Positions 25,039-38,050 are shown, numbered from the stretch's first letter. The stretch is DNA of 64,000 bases from Bigelowiella natans CCMP2755 (GCA_000320545.1 ADNK01001860.1:62001-126000), one strand, 5' to 3'. A program made the numbers and translations. The notes: a model not told the origin generated them from the letters alone.

Positions 25039-26554
25039 TCACGACACCACACGTGCTTTGCACATCGCATCTGCTTCTTCACAATGACCGCACGGGACAA
25101 CATGAAGCTTCCGAGATCGCCCACTGTGCCGATGGCGCGCATCTACTCCTGTGAGTGTTTGTTTTTTCGAGCTTGTGGCGACCGCTTCATGCCGCTTTTT
25201 CGAGTTGATGGCGACGACTTCTGCCCCCAACCCCCGCTTCAATTCCGTGCTCAAGAAGTACAAATCTCTCAAGTCTCTGTGGAATGCCTGGATCCGTCGC
25301 ATGATGCAATGATGCTTGATGAAGCTTTTGAGTTCATTGTCGCTTGCCAAGTCATAGGGAGTCTCCCCATTTCTTTTCTTGGCCTCAATGTGTGCCTTCA
25401 TGTCAACCAGGTACTTCACGATCTCAAAATGACCCCCAATCGAACCCGCGATCAACGGAGTGTTACCTAACATGTTGTATTGAAATCATTTCAAACAATG
25501 TAACATGTTCTACAACTGCTGTCTCAATGATAGTATTGGTACTCACCATATTTGCCTTCCGCCTCAATGTTTGCCTTGATGTCAACCAGGTACTTTACGA
25601 TCTCCAAATGACCTTCATCGCAACCCGCCATCAACGGAGTATATCCTATTATGTTGTATTGAAATCGTTATAAATCAAGTAATATCATCTACAACTGCTG
25701 TCGTAATGCTAGGATTGGTACCCACCATCTTCGTCTTTCGCCTCAATGTTTGCCTTCTTGTCAACCAGGTACTTTGCGATCTCAATGTGACCCTTTTTTG
25801 AACCCGCGATCAACGGAGTATCACCTAAAATGATGTATTGAAATCGTGAAAAATTACGTAACATCATCTACAACTGCTGTCGTAATGCTAGCATTGGTAC
25901 CCACCATCTTCGTCTTTCGCCTCAATGTTTGCCTTCTTGTCAACCAGGCACTTTGCGATCTCAAAATTGCCCTTTTGTGAACCCCAAACCAACGGAGTAT
26001 TACCTAACATGTTGCATTGAAAATGCAACAGTAAATTGTGCAACATCTTCTACAACTGCAGTCACAATGCTAGCATTGGTACCCACCGTTGTTGTCTTTC
26101 ACCTCAATGTTTGCCTTCATGTCAACCAGGTACTTTGCGATCTCAAAACAACCCCCACTCGAACCCGCGATCAACGGAGCATCACCCAATGCATCGTGAT
26201 GTGAACATTTCAAAACATTTCAAATCATGCAACATCTTCTACAACTGCTGCCTAAATGCTAGCATTGGCACCCACCATGCACGTTTTTCGCCTCAATGTT
26301 TGCCTTCTTGTCAACCAAGTACTTTGCGATCTCAAAATTACCCCCACTCGAAGCCGCGATCAACGGAGTGTCACCTGTGCATTGCATTGAAATGATTTCA
26401 AATGATGCAACATCTTCTGCAACTGCTGTCTCAATGCTAGTGTTGGTACCCACCACATGCGTTTTTCGCCTCAATGTTTGCCTTGATGTCAACAAGGCAC
26501 TTTGCGATCTCCAAATGACCCCATTTGGAACCAGCGATCAACGGAGTGTCACCT
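25039..26554 (-). pseudogene. Ankyrin-repeat gene built of 7 tandem one-repeat exons; likely decaying
   Basis: Six 99-nt phase-1 exons (26454-26552, 26276-26374, 26087-26185, 25905-26003, 25726-25824, 25547-25645) plus a terminal exon from 25466 each encode approximately GxTPLIAGSxxGHxEIVKYLVDxKANIEAK. The introns are homologous and about 80-90 nt. One acceptor is AG->GG (26186-26187), and there are Y->C, V->A and T->A changes. Confidence 0.85.
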
Positions 26555-26560
26555 CATAGC

Positions 26561-28380
26561 AAAATGACCACATCTTTGCATGTCAACAACAATTTGTGTC
26601 ATCTTCCAAGTTTTGGCAAAATCTGCTTTCGGGGTTGTTCATGACTCATTCTGTCACAACTCACATCAACACCTGTGCGAAGCGACTCACATTTTTTTGT
26701 GAAGAAAAATGTCATGCATTCATGATGTGCTGCTGCGACAATGTCAACGATGCAGCTTGCTGCCCACCGTGACGACCGCACTCCTCAACATTTGCGTTTT
26801 CCAAAACCAAACGCTTCAGATGGGGAAGGTCGTTGCTGTGTGTTGCTTTGAAGGTGTTGCTGGAGGTGCCAGACGACATCACGATTGCCCCACAGATGGT
26901 TTCTGCGAAACACGCTTCTTCCGTTTCACTGTGCTCTGTTCCGTTGCGATGAGTCGGTCAGTAGCGGGCACTAGCAGTGTTGATGCCGGTGCCGCAATTT
27001 TTTTTTGAATTGTCATTTTTGAAAACATCGCTAACGGATGAAACCACTGTTCGATTCGTTCAAACACCACTCGAAATCTTGACAAGTGGTGTTTGGCTTT
27101 GTTTGTTCAAACACGTTTGAACTCAAGCACTTGTGCGCAGCTCCAGCACAGAGCGTGCACCGTTGAATGCACACATCGAACGCTCTGGCGTTGCTGGTGC
27201 GCACGCATGGCTGGACAGTGCAGCAAGCCCAATGCGCACGTGCACAGCAGTGTCAAGAATCGTGCGCAGAGCAAAGACGTGCGTGCACATTGATGTGCAT
27301 GCGCTGGCATGCGGCCCAGTGGCGCACGATGCAACTGCATGCCAACGCTGCTGTTGCGCTGATCTGGTGGATGCACGACGTGTGTTCACACAATGAAGAA
27401 TGGACGCTCGACACAACCAGAGCCATGCACTTGAAACAGCTTGGCTTTCCCCGTGTCCCACGTGCACGTGTCAACGGGTGTCAATCAATGTGAAGTTTGC
27501 AAGCATCGCCATCGAATCACCTGGACGAGAGCCGTTCAGCACTTGCGACGCTGGCAATCTTGACTCTTCCGTGTGCCTCGCAGACACTGCTAGACTGGGA
27601 CAGTGCGAAGAAAAAGACGCCACGTGCAACACACGTGTCGTGGCAAATTGAAGGACATTGGATCACTTGCTCTGGCGTGCACTGCTCACAATCATCAACA
27701 ACGCAAATTGCACAACCAGCTAGCTGATTGTCATCACGGACCACAACAATGATGACACCAAGTCCATGCACAAGCATCTGGCCAAAGACTGATTCGATGA
27801 AAGACCGCGCGCAGTCGTGCGCGGCGCGATCCAGAGAACGTGCTTTTGCATGCATGAAACATGTGACAATGGAGACAAACGGACACAACGACACAACACG
27901 TCAGCGCTGCAGCCGCTGCTTTGCACGCACACGCGCGCACAGCTGTGTCAGGATGACCATTGAAAACACTTGATCAATTCATCAATGCATCAGTCTCACA
28001 CACGTGTTTGCGCGTGCACACAGCGCTGGAGCGTCAACTCAGCTGCGCAATCCACATGCGCACGCAAATTGCACAGCTAGACATTGCGCTGCGCTTGCTA
28101 GTTTGGCGCTCATGGCATCTGTGCACATGCACAAACCAAGCACAATGATGTGCAATGACATGCACTAGATGCGGCATTCCACACGCGCCATGCGTTGCAC
28201 TGGCACATTGTGCATGACGGACGATGCAATGAACACATCAAACTTGTTCAATTGTCATTGCATCGCAGCTCATTGCATTGTTCACAAGTGCATGCTTGGT
28301 TCACGTGAGCACGAAATGCAATTGTCATGCACAAATGCATGAATGCAAATGTTCGAGATTCATTTGTGCAATGCAAACGA
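26561..28380. other. TpA-erased, CpG-retaining domain (hypermutated relic)
   Basis: About 8 TA dinucleotides in 1.8 kb by eye, 6 of them in CTAG; rich in TG, CA and CG. Confidence 0.85.
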
Positions 28381-29049
28381 CGTTCCGGATCGCAGCTACG
28401 ATGCGCCACGCGCACACGTCTCGTGATCATCGTGCTGCGTGGCATGTGTCCAGAAGTCGTGTACGCTGAAAACCTGCGTCGTCTAGTTGTGGTGATGCGT
28501 CATTTTTGCGTGCGCGCATGCCATTTAGCAATGACATGCGTCCATGCCAGGCGGATTACATGAGCAGGATCGAATCTAGGAATGCGCTAGTTGACTACTA
28601 ATCGACAATTTCTACGCACATACGCCTGGCTCACATCATGCATTGCATGCTGCCACATGTCTAGCTAACTAGATGCAATTGTGTGCGCGCATCGCTTTTG
28701 TTCACGACGTCTGTCCCGTACGTAGCATTGTGATGTAGACTCTTTTTATTATTACTCTTTGATTTTTTACAGTGATTTGATTAGCTTTGCAAATCAGATG
28801 AAATAACCGAATGTCACAAAAAATACATAACCCAATCACAGACTAATTCATCTCTACGACTTCTTAAAATTTGCGCAATAACGACTTGAAAATAAACACA
28901 AAATATGAATTAGGAACGTTTGGCTGATAATAGGACGAAAGGTTCACCTGTCACAGCTTTAACAATATCTTCTCTAGAGTACATTTAACTTATCATTGTG
29001 ACAAACTTTAAACTTTATGTATTTCATCATATTTTCAATCTGGTTTTTA

Positions 29050-29235
29050 TATTTCCTCGCACTTTAATTTCCAGCTTCTTCCCATCGTGTGTGATAGAAT
29101 TGTGGACGCGTCTAATTTCATCCATGAACCACAACCAAATCCGAGGCAGATCTCCAACTCTGTCCTTTTAGCCTGCTTACTGCTGCTGCTGCTGCTACTA
29201 CTACTACTACTACAACTACAAAAAATACTACAAAC

Positions 29236-29273
<38 letters not shown>

Positions 29274-29338
29274 AACTGTTACGACAACTAAAAGAAGTGC
29301 GAGTCTCACTTCTGCTACGCACCACTACTTTGTATGTC

Positions 29339-29378
<40 letters not shown>

Positions 29379-30036
29379 ATAACTTATTTCCTTCCAAACC
29401 AAAACTATCTACATTAAGCTCTTCTTCAGCTCCTCCTTTCGTTCATTTGCTAGTGGGTGTATTCTTCTCGATTTATGATCTCCACTACCATCGTTCACCA
29501 TCATCATCGTCATCATCATCATTGAGATTTCTCCTACCCCTGCTGCTGCTCCTACTGCTGCTTTCTGAGAGGGTATTCCCATCCAACTCGCCCCTCCTTC
29601 TCCTCCTCCTCCTCCGGCTACTACTGCTATTGCTGCTCGTTGAAGTATTATCGCTCTTACTACCAGATTTCCTCTTATTCCTTCTTTTCCGTGTCTTCTT
29701 TGTTTCCGCGTCGATTGGTGTGCTGGATGTTGCTGCTGTCGCTTCTGCCACCACCATTTCATGCTGCCCTCCTCCTCCTCCTCCTCGACACTCTCTCTGT
29801 GCCTTTAGTAGCTGTTCGTGAACGTCTTCATTGTCATCTGCTGCACCCGTGGAAGTCAGTTTTAGTGCCACTTTGCAGAATTCCTCATCCTTTTATTTTA
29901 ACAAGGAGGAGGGGGAGGGAGAGGGAATAAAGGCTTAAAGCGACGAATAGGATAGTTGAAAATCTTGCATCCTGCAGCTCATATGAGGGAGAGGGCGGGG
30001 GGGGGGGGGGGGATTTTCGTTGTATAGTTGTCCGCA

Positions 30037-30072
<36 letters not shown>

Positions 30073-32451
30073 AAAATTACCTCCCAATAAGGGCCTCGGT
30101 CTTTACGGCTCATTTGCTGAACAACCTGAGAAGCATTTGTAAAGATGCTGATTATTGCCTGCACGATGGTATGACATGATGCTATCTCTACACAAAAAGT
30201 ATTTAAAATATGTATTGCTACCCATTCGCGCATCTTCTCGTTGTTTTGGCGCTGATGCTCCTCCGGGGCTATCTTTTTGCTGCCACCACCACCACCACCA
30301 CCACCGCTACTTCGGTAGTTCTTAGATCTGGATGACACGAGCGACTTGGTTGACGGTACTGGAGCTGATGCAGATTTAGACGACTTGGCAGATTTCGCAA
30401 AGCGCTGTCGCATCTCGTGGAGGATGCCGCGAGCCATGGCTGTCATGTCGCGCTTCCGGTACCTTGATTTGTTATCAACAGAATAAGTCATCAGCATTCA
30501 GCAGCAGCAGCAGCACCTTTGTGAAGGAGGACATAAAAAAAGGAAGAGGGAATCAGTGGCAGCACACACAAATATGTTGCCACTGTTGGGTGTTGTTGTT
30601 GTTGTTGTTGTTGTTGTTTGTACTCTTGCAAGTCAATGTCCACTCTTTTGAAGAGTTTCGGAAGCTTCTTCTTCTCGATCTGAGCCCTGACTTCCTTCCT
30701 GACCAAAGGGTCTAACCCTCTTACCTCTGAAAAGAATGTCAATGAAGACGAGGAGGAGGGGGAGGATGGCAATGATAAGCCAATACTAGCGGCAGTACTA
30801 GTAGCAGCAGCCGTCGTAGTTGCAGTAGCAGTAGTAGTAGTGGTAGTAGCTTGTGGTAAAGTCGGAGGAAGGGGTCTCAAAGACTTCAAATCAAGGGTCT
30901 GGAGGGACTCTACTAGATCCTGGATGGTGTGATTTGAAGCCACTGCTTGATGAGCACTTGCCTTTTCGGCGTTCACTGTCGCTCCTTTGTTCATCATCTT
31001 CATCAGCAGCATTGAATCCTGTGCCTCCCTCTCTCCACTTCCTCCGTCAATTTGCAAGATCATAGCGCGGATGGATAGCAACGCCTTCAAAGCACGCGCT
31101 GACGATGGATATCCCTTCGGGAACTCAATGGCCTCTCTCACAGCCTCGGCTAGAGTATGCAACTTCGCTTTCGCTTCATTCCTCGCATCGTGCTCTGCGA
31201 TTGCCAGAAGGGAACTCGGTGTCTCGCTAGATGCCAGCCGCTCCTGCACCATCTCGATGGCATATGCCAAAGTTTCTGCCTGGGGCTGCTTCAAGACCTG
31301 CCCCCCGTGGTTGGTGGTGGTGGTGGTGGAAATAATAAAAATTAGCGACGACTCAAAAAAGCACATGGCTCAGCTGAAAGAGAGAACGATGGCGAAACAT
31401 TCCGATCGGTATACCGTATTGTTTTGCCCTCCCCACTCGTATAACTCATTGCACCCCCCCCCCCCCACACTCACCCTTGCCTGCTTCTGCGACTAAAGAT
31501 GATTACTACCTCTTCCGGCCACGACTCCCTCCCCTCCAACATCCTGATCACGGCCTCCCACTTGTCCCGCGCTGCTGCGAGGGGGTGCTTGCGCTTGATG
31601 TCCATTTTCGGGTCAAGGTACTCGTTCAGTTTCTGTAGCATCTGCGGTACCTTCTTTCTCTCCGCATCTAGCAGGAGTCTCTCGGACGTGGGTCTCATGG
31701 CGACCGGCGGCACATCGATACCCCGCCGCCGCGCGTGGGCCGCCATCGCGCGGTAGATCAAAAGAGTTGCGATGGCGTCCTTCGCAGCATACACAATCTA
31801 GAGGAGAAAGTGAACAATATTTTTGTTGAAGACTGTCCGTAAAAACTGAGAGAGGAGAGAGCTGCTGCAAGTGTTAGAGAGGTACGACTAGCTATGGCCA
31901 CTACCCCTACTACTATTACTACTACTATTACACTACGAACGCCAATGCTTCTTATTAACGGACGCTACTTACTCTTACAAACACATACAGTCATTATCCA
32001 CCACACACCACCATTACTACCTGACTCCGGGAAAGTACTTCCCGATTCCAATTACTCTTCTGCAGCTTTTTAGAGAGCGATCTATCGATGAATGCAGCGC
32101 AGAGGTCGGCGAGGGACAGATTCTCGCTTGATATTGCTCGCGCCAGCTGCAACGTATCCAGCACGTGTCGACTGTCAATACCTACACAAATAACGAGGAG
32201 ATCCTTTCATTACTCATTTCTGCGGTCATGGCTCCTCTATAATACTACTACTGCTGGATATATATCCGCACTGCTGCTGCTGCTGCTGCTAGTACCCCAA
32301 TTTGTGTAGAGCGGGTGGGTGTCTCCGGTTTCGTCATGGCAAACTTTAGGAGTGTCGGCCTCCAGCACGGCTCGTAAAGTGCTGTTCAATCATTTTATAT
32401 CACCAACTTTAAATTGCATGCCTCCTCACGAGACTCCTGGTCATCTTCACT

Positions 32452-32523
<72 letters not shown>

Positions 32524-33591
32524 CGCAGCACCTCGGCGGCTTTCCGAACTTGCGTAGATTCCACAGGACAACGGCCTGGAAATAGCATGCGATGGAAATA
32601 TTAGTAATAAAGATGGATAAGGTACATGCTGCGAATAAAGAACCACTAGCTCTGAGACAACCTTATCTGACGCAATCTGTACAATGGAGGGGGCCTTGGA
32701 TTTCTCGTTGGCGAGGAACTGTGCTGATTCCGTGTCCATTCCCAAAAAATCACACGAATTTATCATGTCATCGATGATGTCCATAGCCGCGACCTCGTCC
32801 TTCTCGTTTTGAATCATATACACAGGAATTTGCAGCTCGAACTGCGGTTTCGAAAGGCGATGCTCCCTGGAGATTTTCTTCAGCACCTCATTGCCCCTGT
32901 CCTTTTCTGCCTCTAAGAAAGCGTAAGGATCTGTTATTTCAGGGGGGAAAACAAACAAGGGGTCTGCAGATGTTTTGAGCGCAGCGTCGCCAGACAACGC
33001 TTTGATGTGCTCAAACTCTACATCTTCACGAGCTGCGTTCCGGCTGCTCTCCTTGCCAAGTTTGCGCTCGCCCTCTTTCGCCTTGCTCTGGTCCGAGCTT
33101 CCCTCGGTGTTGATATAGCGTCTGTGGGAATCTCCTCCTTCTCCCCCACCACCACCTCCTCCCCCTCCATATCGACTTCGCATACTCCCAAGTTCCAGAG
33201 AGGCTCTAAGCGTCACCGGCACATTGTCTCTTCGGTATGACCCGAAGCTACGTCTTCTGGAACCCATTTTGGGAACGGCAAGAGGAGGAGGAGGAGGAGG
33301 TATTCCCGGCATTCTACTGATCTTCCCGATCCCGTTATTACATATTCCCAAATAGCGACCGACTGCAGTGCTCCGCGGGAACCATGGCTTCCTCCATGAC
33401 ATCGAGGAGGGCGTTGATAGGCGTATGCAGTGCATCGGTAGCTGTGGTACTGGCTTAGCAGGTTTCGAGCGAGCTACAGCGAGTAAGGATGACGTTACAA
33501 CTGCAACGAGCAAAAAGGAGAGGATGTTTTTTCTGGGTTGTGCAAATTGCGGTGATGAGAAAGGCGGTAGTGGCCATAAAATCCAGACCAT
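29050..33591 (-). CDS. WRN/EXD2-like DEDDy 3'-5' exonuclease with a hydrophobic N-terminal targeting sequence and long C-terminal extension
   Basis: FLGMDTE (ExoI), APSIVQIAS, LSLADLCAAFIDRSLSKKLQKSNWNREVLSRSQ|IVYAAKDA (ExoIII). The N-terminal ILSFLLVAVVTSSLLAVARS is followed by an S/R/P-rich stretch. The 3' end is approximate. Confidence 0.8.
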
Positions 33592-34597
33592 GAGCGCCAA
33601 TTCCGGTAAGAAAAGATACGGTGTGACGATAAACAGAACCAAGGAACAACCGAAGCTCAGGATTAGCTCGCCATGTTTAGACACTACAATATTATGAACT
33701 ATAGCAACAGCCTGCAAAATCTGCAAGGCGTAAAGATGAACCCGAAGCCCAAGAGCCTGTCTCTAGCTACGGAGGAGAGGGGGGAGGAGCCTCTGAGCAA
33801 GTATGAGAATTGTAGAGATGAAATTCTACCCTTTTTTTATCGAAAATTCCCTACAATAATAAGACATAAAGCCACATAAAATATGCATTTCACTGGAATA
33901 CAAACGAGGACTCGCTTTGCTAACCGAGATGCAGGGTCTGAGGGGCCAAAAACTCCCAGAAGCAATAAAGCGGGAATGAGAATGCCGTGAATATATTTGA
34001 TTACGACAATCCATTTCCAGGATTTCACCCACTATTCTCCAGAATCCTGGAATAACTTCAAAAAACTGTCTCGATTCATTCGTAAAATTACGATACAGTG
34101 GCACTTATATGTTTCTGCCGAGAAGGAGATTTCGACCTTGCGTCACTGAAATTCCGTTGGCTTTGCGCATAATCGGATAACATTTTCGGTGTGCTCTGGC
34201 GCCATTCCCGAGAATGGAAGTACTTTTCTGGGAGTAGCTCCCCATTTATGCAAGAAGTCTTACTAGTTGTCATGTCGCGAAACAAAAGAAGATTTACTTA
34301 TACGTAGAAATCCCAACACAACGTCTCATTTTGACTACAAGTTTGTAGTTTAGGGTTCGGGCACACGGTTTAGATCTAGATCTAGATCTATGAAGCTCTG
34401 TAGTCTGTAGTTCTTGTGGAAAAGATTACAGTCTTAACTAAGGTAATTCTCCCAATTAAAAATTGCCTTGTGTACGACAATGGATTCTTGGCTGTCTCAG
34501 TACGGAAAGAGCCTGCATTTGGTTTTTCGTAGAACATTGCCTCAATACTCAACACAACTTAATTTCTACGTTGGTACTTCCATCGAAGATTGCTGGC

Positions 34598-35880
34598 ATG
34601 AACCTCCCCTTCTTCCTGCTGGCGCTTCTATCGGAGCAAGCAATTGGAGTATGGAATGGTCACAAAGATCGAGGCAGTATTCTCACTGCTAATCAGCAGC
34701 CCTACGAAGTGGTCCTCATTCGTACATACAATCCAACCGACGAAATGATTGCTCGGATGAAACGTATGGAGAAGCAGAGTGGGAGAAAGGTAATAAAACT
34801 GCTTTAGTATCAATGTAAAGGCGTTCATATTAGTTGATTTCCTAAAATAACACGGAAACACAGGTATTTGTCTCCCTCCAGGACAACAGCCACATGTTAA
34901 TCGTGGAAGATCTGTTGAAAAGTGTGGAAGCTGCAGCCTCCTCCCCAGATGCCCATGAGCATCTTCTCGCAACTCTGCCTAATCGATTTTCACGAATTCT
35001 TACAAGGAATTCCTCCGAGAGTGTAAGGAAATTCATCCCAGAAAACATCAACGACATTGCCGAAGCGTTGGTCGCAACGGCACATCAAAAACTCCTTCGT
35101 AATTTTCCTGGGAAAGTTATCCAGTATTCTGATGAAGATGTCGACAGATACTTCCCCGAGCTTGGAAAACGTGGATGCAGTAGGGACAGAATCAATAGGC
35201 ACACCTATGGCTGGCAATTCCACGAGGAATGCATTTACACAGTCTTCAAAAACTACGAGAAGCAATTTCACAAGCCATTTCCCACAGAGGCCGGACTCTG
35301 GGTTATGGAAGACGATGTCGAATACACTGGAAATTGGAAAGAATTTTTTGATCGTTATGCCGGAAGTGCAGACCTCGTCACCAGCCTAGTCAAGAGCACC
35401 ACATCCGAATATTTCACCAAGCATATGGGAGTTGCTCTCCCCTGCACGCAGTCCTTCATCGATCAATTCGTTCATAACAAGAAAATCCTCCCAGAGGAGG
35501 AAATAGGCAGAATGTACCATCATGCTGAGCATGTTGTGTTTTATAGTGGAAAACTTCGGAAGGTGATGGATAAATTCCAGCTTCAGAAAGGACACCATTA
35601 CAAAAGCGAGTTTTCTACGGCCACCTTTGCAAAGGCAATGGGTTTCAGGTAGATACCTGTATCATGCGATACACATGCGTGCCTCTATTCTTTCCACCAT
35701 GACTTTAACATTTGTTGATGTGAAATCAGCATAATGGATATCAACAAAGACGACATTTGGATTCAAAATGGTTCACAAGGGCGAAAAGGATTTGTAGGTC
35801 GCAAAATTGACAAGAATTCAGTTGAGGAGTTACGACGTTCAAATATTTCACCTGGCCTGCTGCATCCTTGTAAATACTAG
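34598..35880 (+). CDS. Secreted or endomembrane DUF3405-like (glycosyltransferase-like) protein, 2 introns
   Basis: Signal peptide MNLPFFLLALLSEQAIG, motif LWVMEDDVEYTGNWKEFFDRY...ADLVT, and C-terminal LLHPCKY*. Confidence 0.65.
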
Positions 35881-36620
35881 CGCTTATTATGAAGAAAGGT
35901 ACATCTAGCGGTATAAGAGTTACAGCAACAACCAACGAAGCTCATAGTTGGTGCTATTATTTGCGCGGCGAATTTTTGAATTTAAATATAAACAGTCGCT
36001 GTTGTGCATATGAATGTTTGCGTGAATTGCGCGATGCAGGCAGAAACTTAATCTTGGTGTAAGAGCTATCATTGTGATTGAATTAATTTATTAAAAAATA
36101 TGTTCATTGCTAGATTGTGGGGAACCTGCTGTGATGTATGTATGACACGCAAGATAGAAGCTGATATGCGCAGCTAGGCAGGCTGGTAGCTCATGTGCAC
36201 GCGTGTCTAGATCTGGAGATTGCGGCGTACGAATGCAGGCAAAGGGCCACATATTAGACGCTGTGCTCGGTTCTAGGGCTATTAATGAGTTCATCACTAC
36301 TCAATCGCATCTATCCTCTATACCATACAAGCTAGCTAGCTAGCAAGGCGCTGCATGCTGCTAGTATCGTGTCTTTCTGATCATATATTTGATATAGAAG
36401 CTAGAAAAGCATCTATTATCTTAATATGAATGTGTCACTGCATGCAGACAAGCTAGCAAGCTAGCAAGGCTAGAAGGTAGAAGGTCATGACGTATAGACG
36501 TCATCCCGTGGTAGAGAGGCGCTCAGTAAAGCCAAATTATGGTTAGATGGATAACCGTCTTCTTCTTTCATTCTCATTGCTCCTGGTAGGCAGTGCTAGA
36601 GTGCTATACAAGGGGTGCAC

Positions 36621-37670
36621 TTAACTCTCGTAGATCTTTCTCAGATCTTCCATGCGACACGGCCGCAAAGTCACCTAGAAATTTTAAAATCTGGCTTACG
36701 TCTGAGCTTTCATTTATCACACGTCGAAACCCATTTTCCAGCAGGGATCGGCAATATATAACAATCGCCAGCACGCAAAACACATGAGTTGGCTAAAAGA
36801 CGAATCCATCCAAAAAACGAAGATCACTACCGGACAAGTTCCGTGGTCCTTTAAATGGTTGAAGATGCAGGCGTAGCAGAACACGAATCTTTGCAGTAGA
36901 AGGAAGACGGGGGGAGGGGGGGGAGAAATCAATGATTGTTACAGGACGATGTTCCATGATATTCAAGAGAGAGGGGAGAAAGAGACAGGGAGGAAGAAAG
37001 AGAGGGGGGGAAACAAAATTGAGTAGAATTAGTATCCTTCCGCGACAGGGCACTACTTTGTCGTAGGATGAGAATGTAACAGTTTCGCATAATGGCTACA
37101 ACTAGTAATGACTGTGTTTTAACAATTGGTATAGCATGACCCTGAAGGAAGCAGGGCGGCGTTGACACGTGTGCGTAGGCACAATGGACACTTCATAGCG
37201 TCCGAAGGAAGCTTCAGCCCCTTTTTGTAGTAATGTGAATCACAGAGTGTTTGGTGTTTGTTTGCAGGCACGCATGCGAGAAGTACACCCAAATCAAAGC
37301 GTGGAATCCCCATAGCCCCCCCCCCCCCCCCCGCTGCTTTCTAACTTGTTTTCTCCCGCAAGCAAGTACAACTCCCACCCTTTCCCTCTTTCTCTGCAGC
37401 ACCCCAACATCTGCTTACTTTCGGGTGAGGCAGCGCGCGGGGGGGTGGTGGTGGTGCGGCAGTGGGACGTGACCGCCTCTGCTCATTCTCAGGGGAGTAC
37501 CTAGAGCAGCGCACAAAAACACGATTCGAAACACTGTAAGAGCAGTATGTACAACAGTCATCACCATCATCATCATCGTCATCGTCATTAGCCAGGTGGT
37601 CGTGGAGATATAATCTCCCTCGTTATCATTCACGGTGATGTATCTGTTTGTCTAGCCATCGATATACAAG

Positions 37671-37710
<40 letters not shown>

Positions 37711-38004
37711 AAAGGGGGGGGGGGGGGGCTGCTATTGCTGTTATGCTTTTTGGGTGGGTAGCGAGTCTCTTACCACCACTGTAGAAAGCGGATCAAGAAC
37801 ACGCCTGATATTTGATGGTGACAGTCATACAGATGAACTAATTTTATAATGATTGAAAATGACAGTGATAGTGATGGATGGCTTTTAACGCTAATAATGC
37901 AACAAACCGATATAGACAGCCCACTTGGCATTGTCAGCGACCAGACCCCCTAACATGACGAAACATAGCATATCAAAAAAGGCAGGAAAGTAAAACAAAA
38001 CAGA

Positions 38005-38050
<46 letters not shown>

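Noticed and set aside
25381-26554. Regularly spaced repeats resembling a CRISPR array
   Set aside because: The whole unit of about 179 bp is homologous, encodes ankyrin repeats and has splice sites. There are no unique spacers or cas genes.
26561-28380. CpG-methylation decay or RIP as the cause of the TG/CA excess
   Set aside because: CpG is abundant, and TA, the RIP product, is what is missing. The ankyrin consensus polarises changes away from TA.
26879-28563. Dense stack of overlapping six-frame ORFs rich in Cys/His/Ala/Val (also at 6936-8428)
   Set aside because: Artefact of TpA loss: TAA, TAG and Tyr codons are erased, so all frames stay open. No coherent protein motifs.
29087-29821. 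244-aa poly-Leu ORF and many similar poly-L/YI/HT/CV/ER ORFs
   Set aside because: These are translations of microsatellites or antisense frames of real exons.
34349-34357. TTTAGGG / TTAGGG telomere-like words (also near 22907)
   Set aside because: Single copies expected by chance; no telomeric array.
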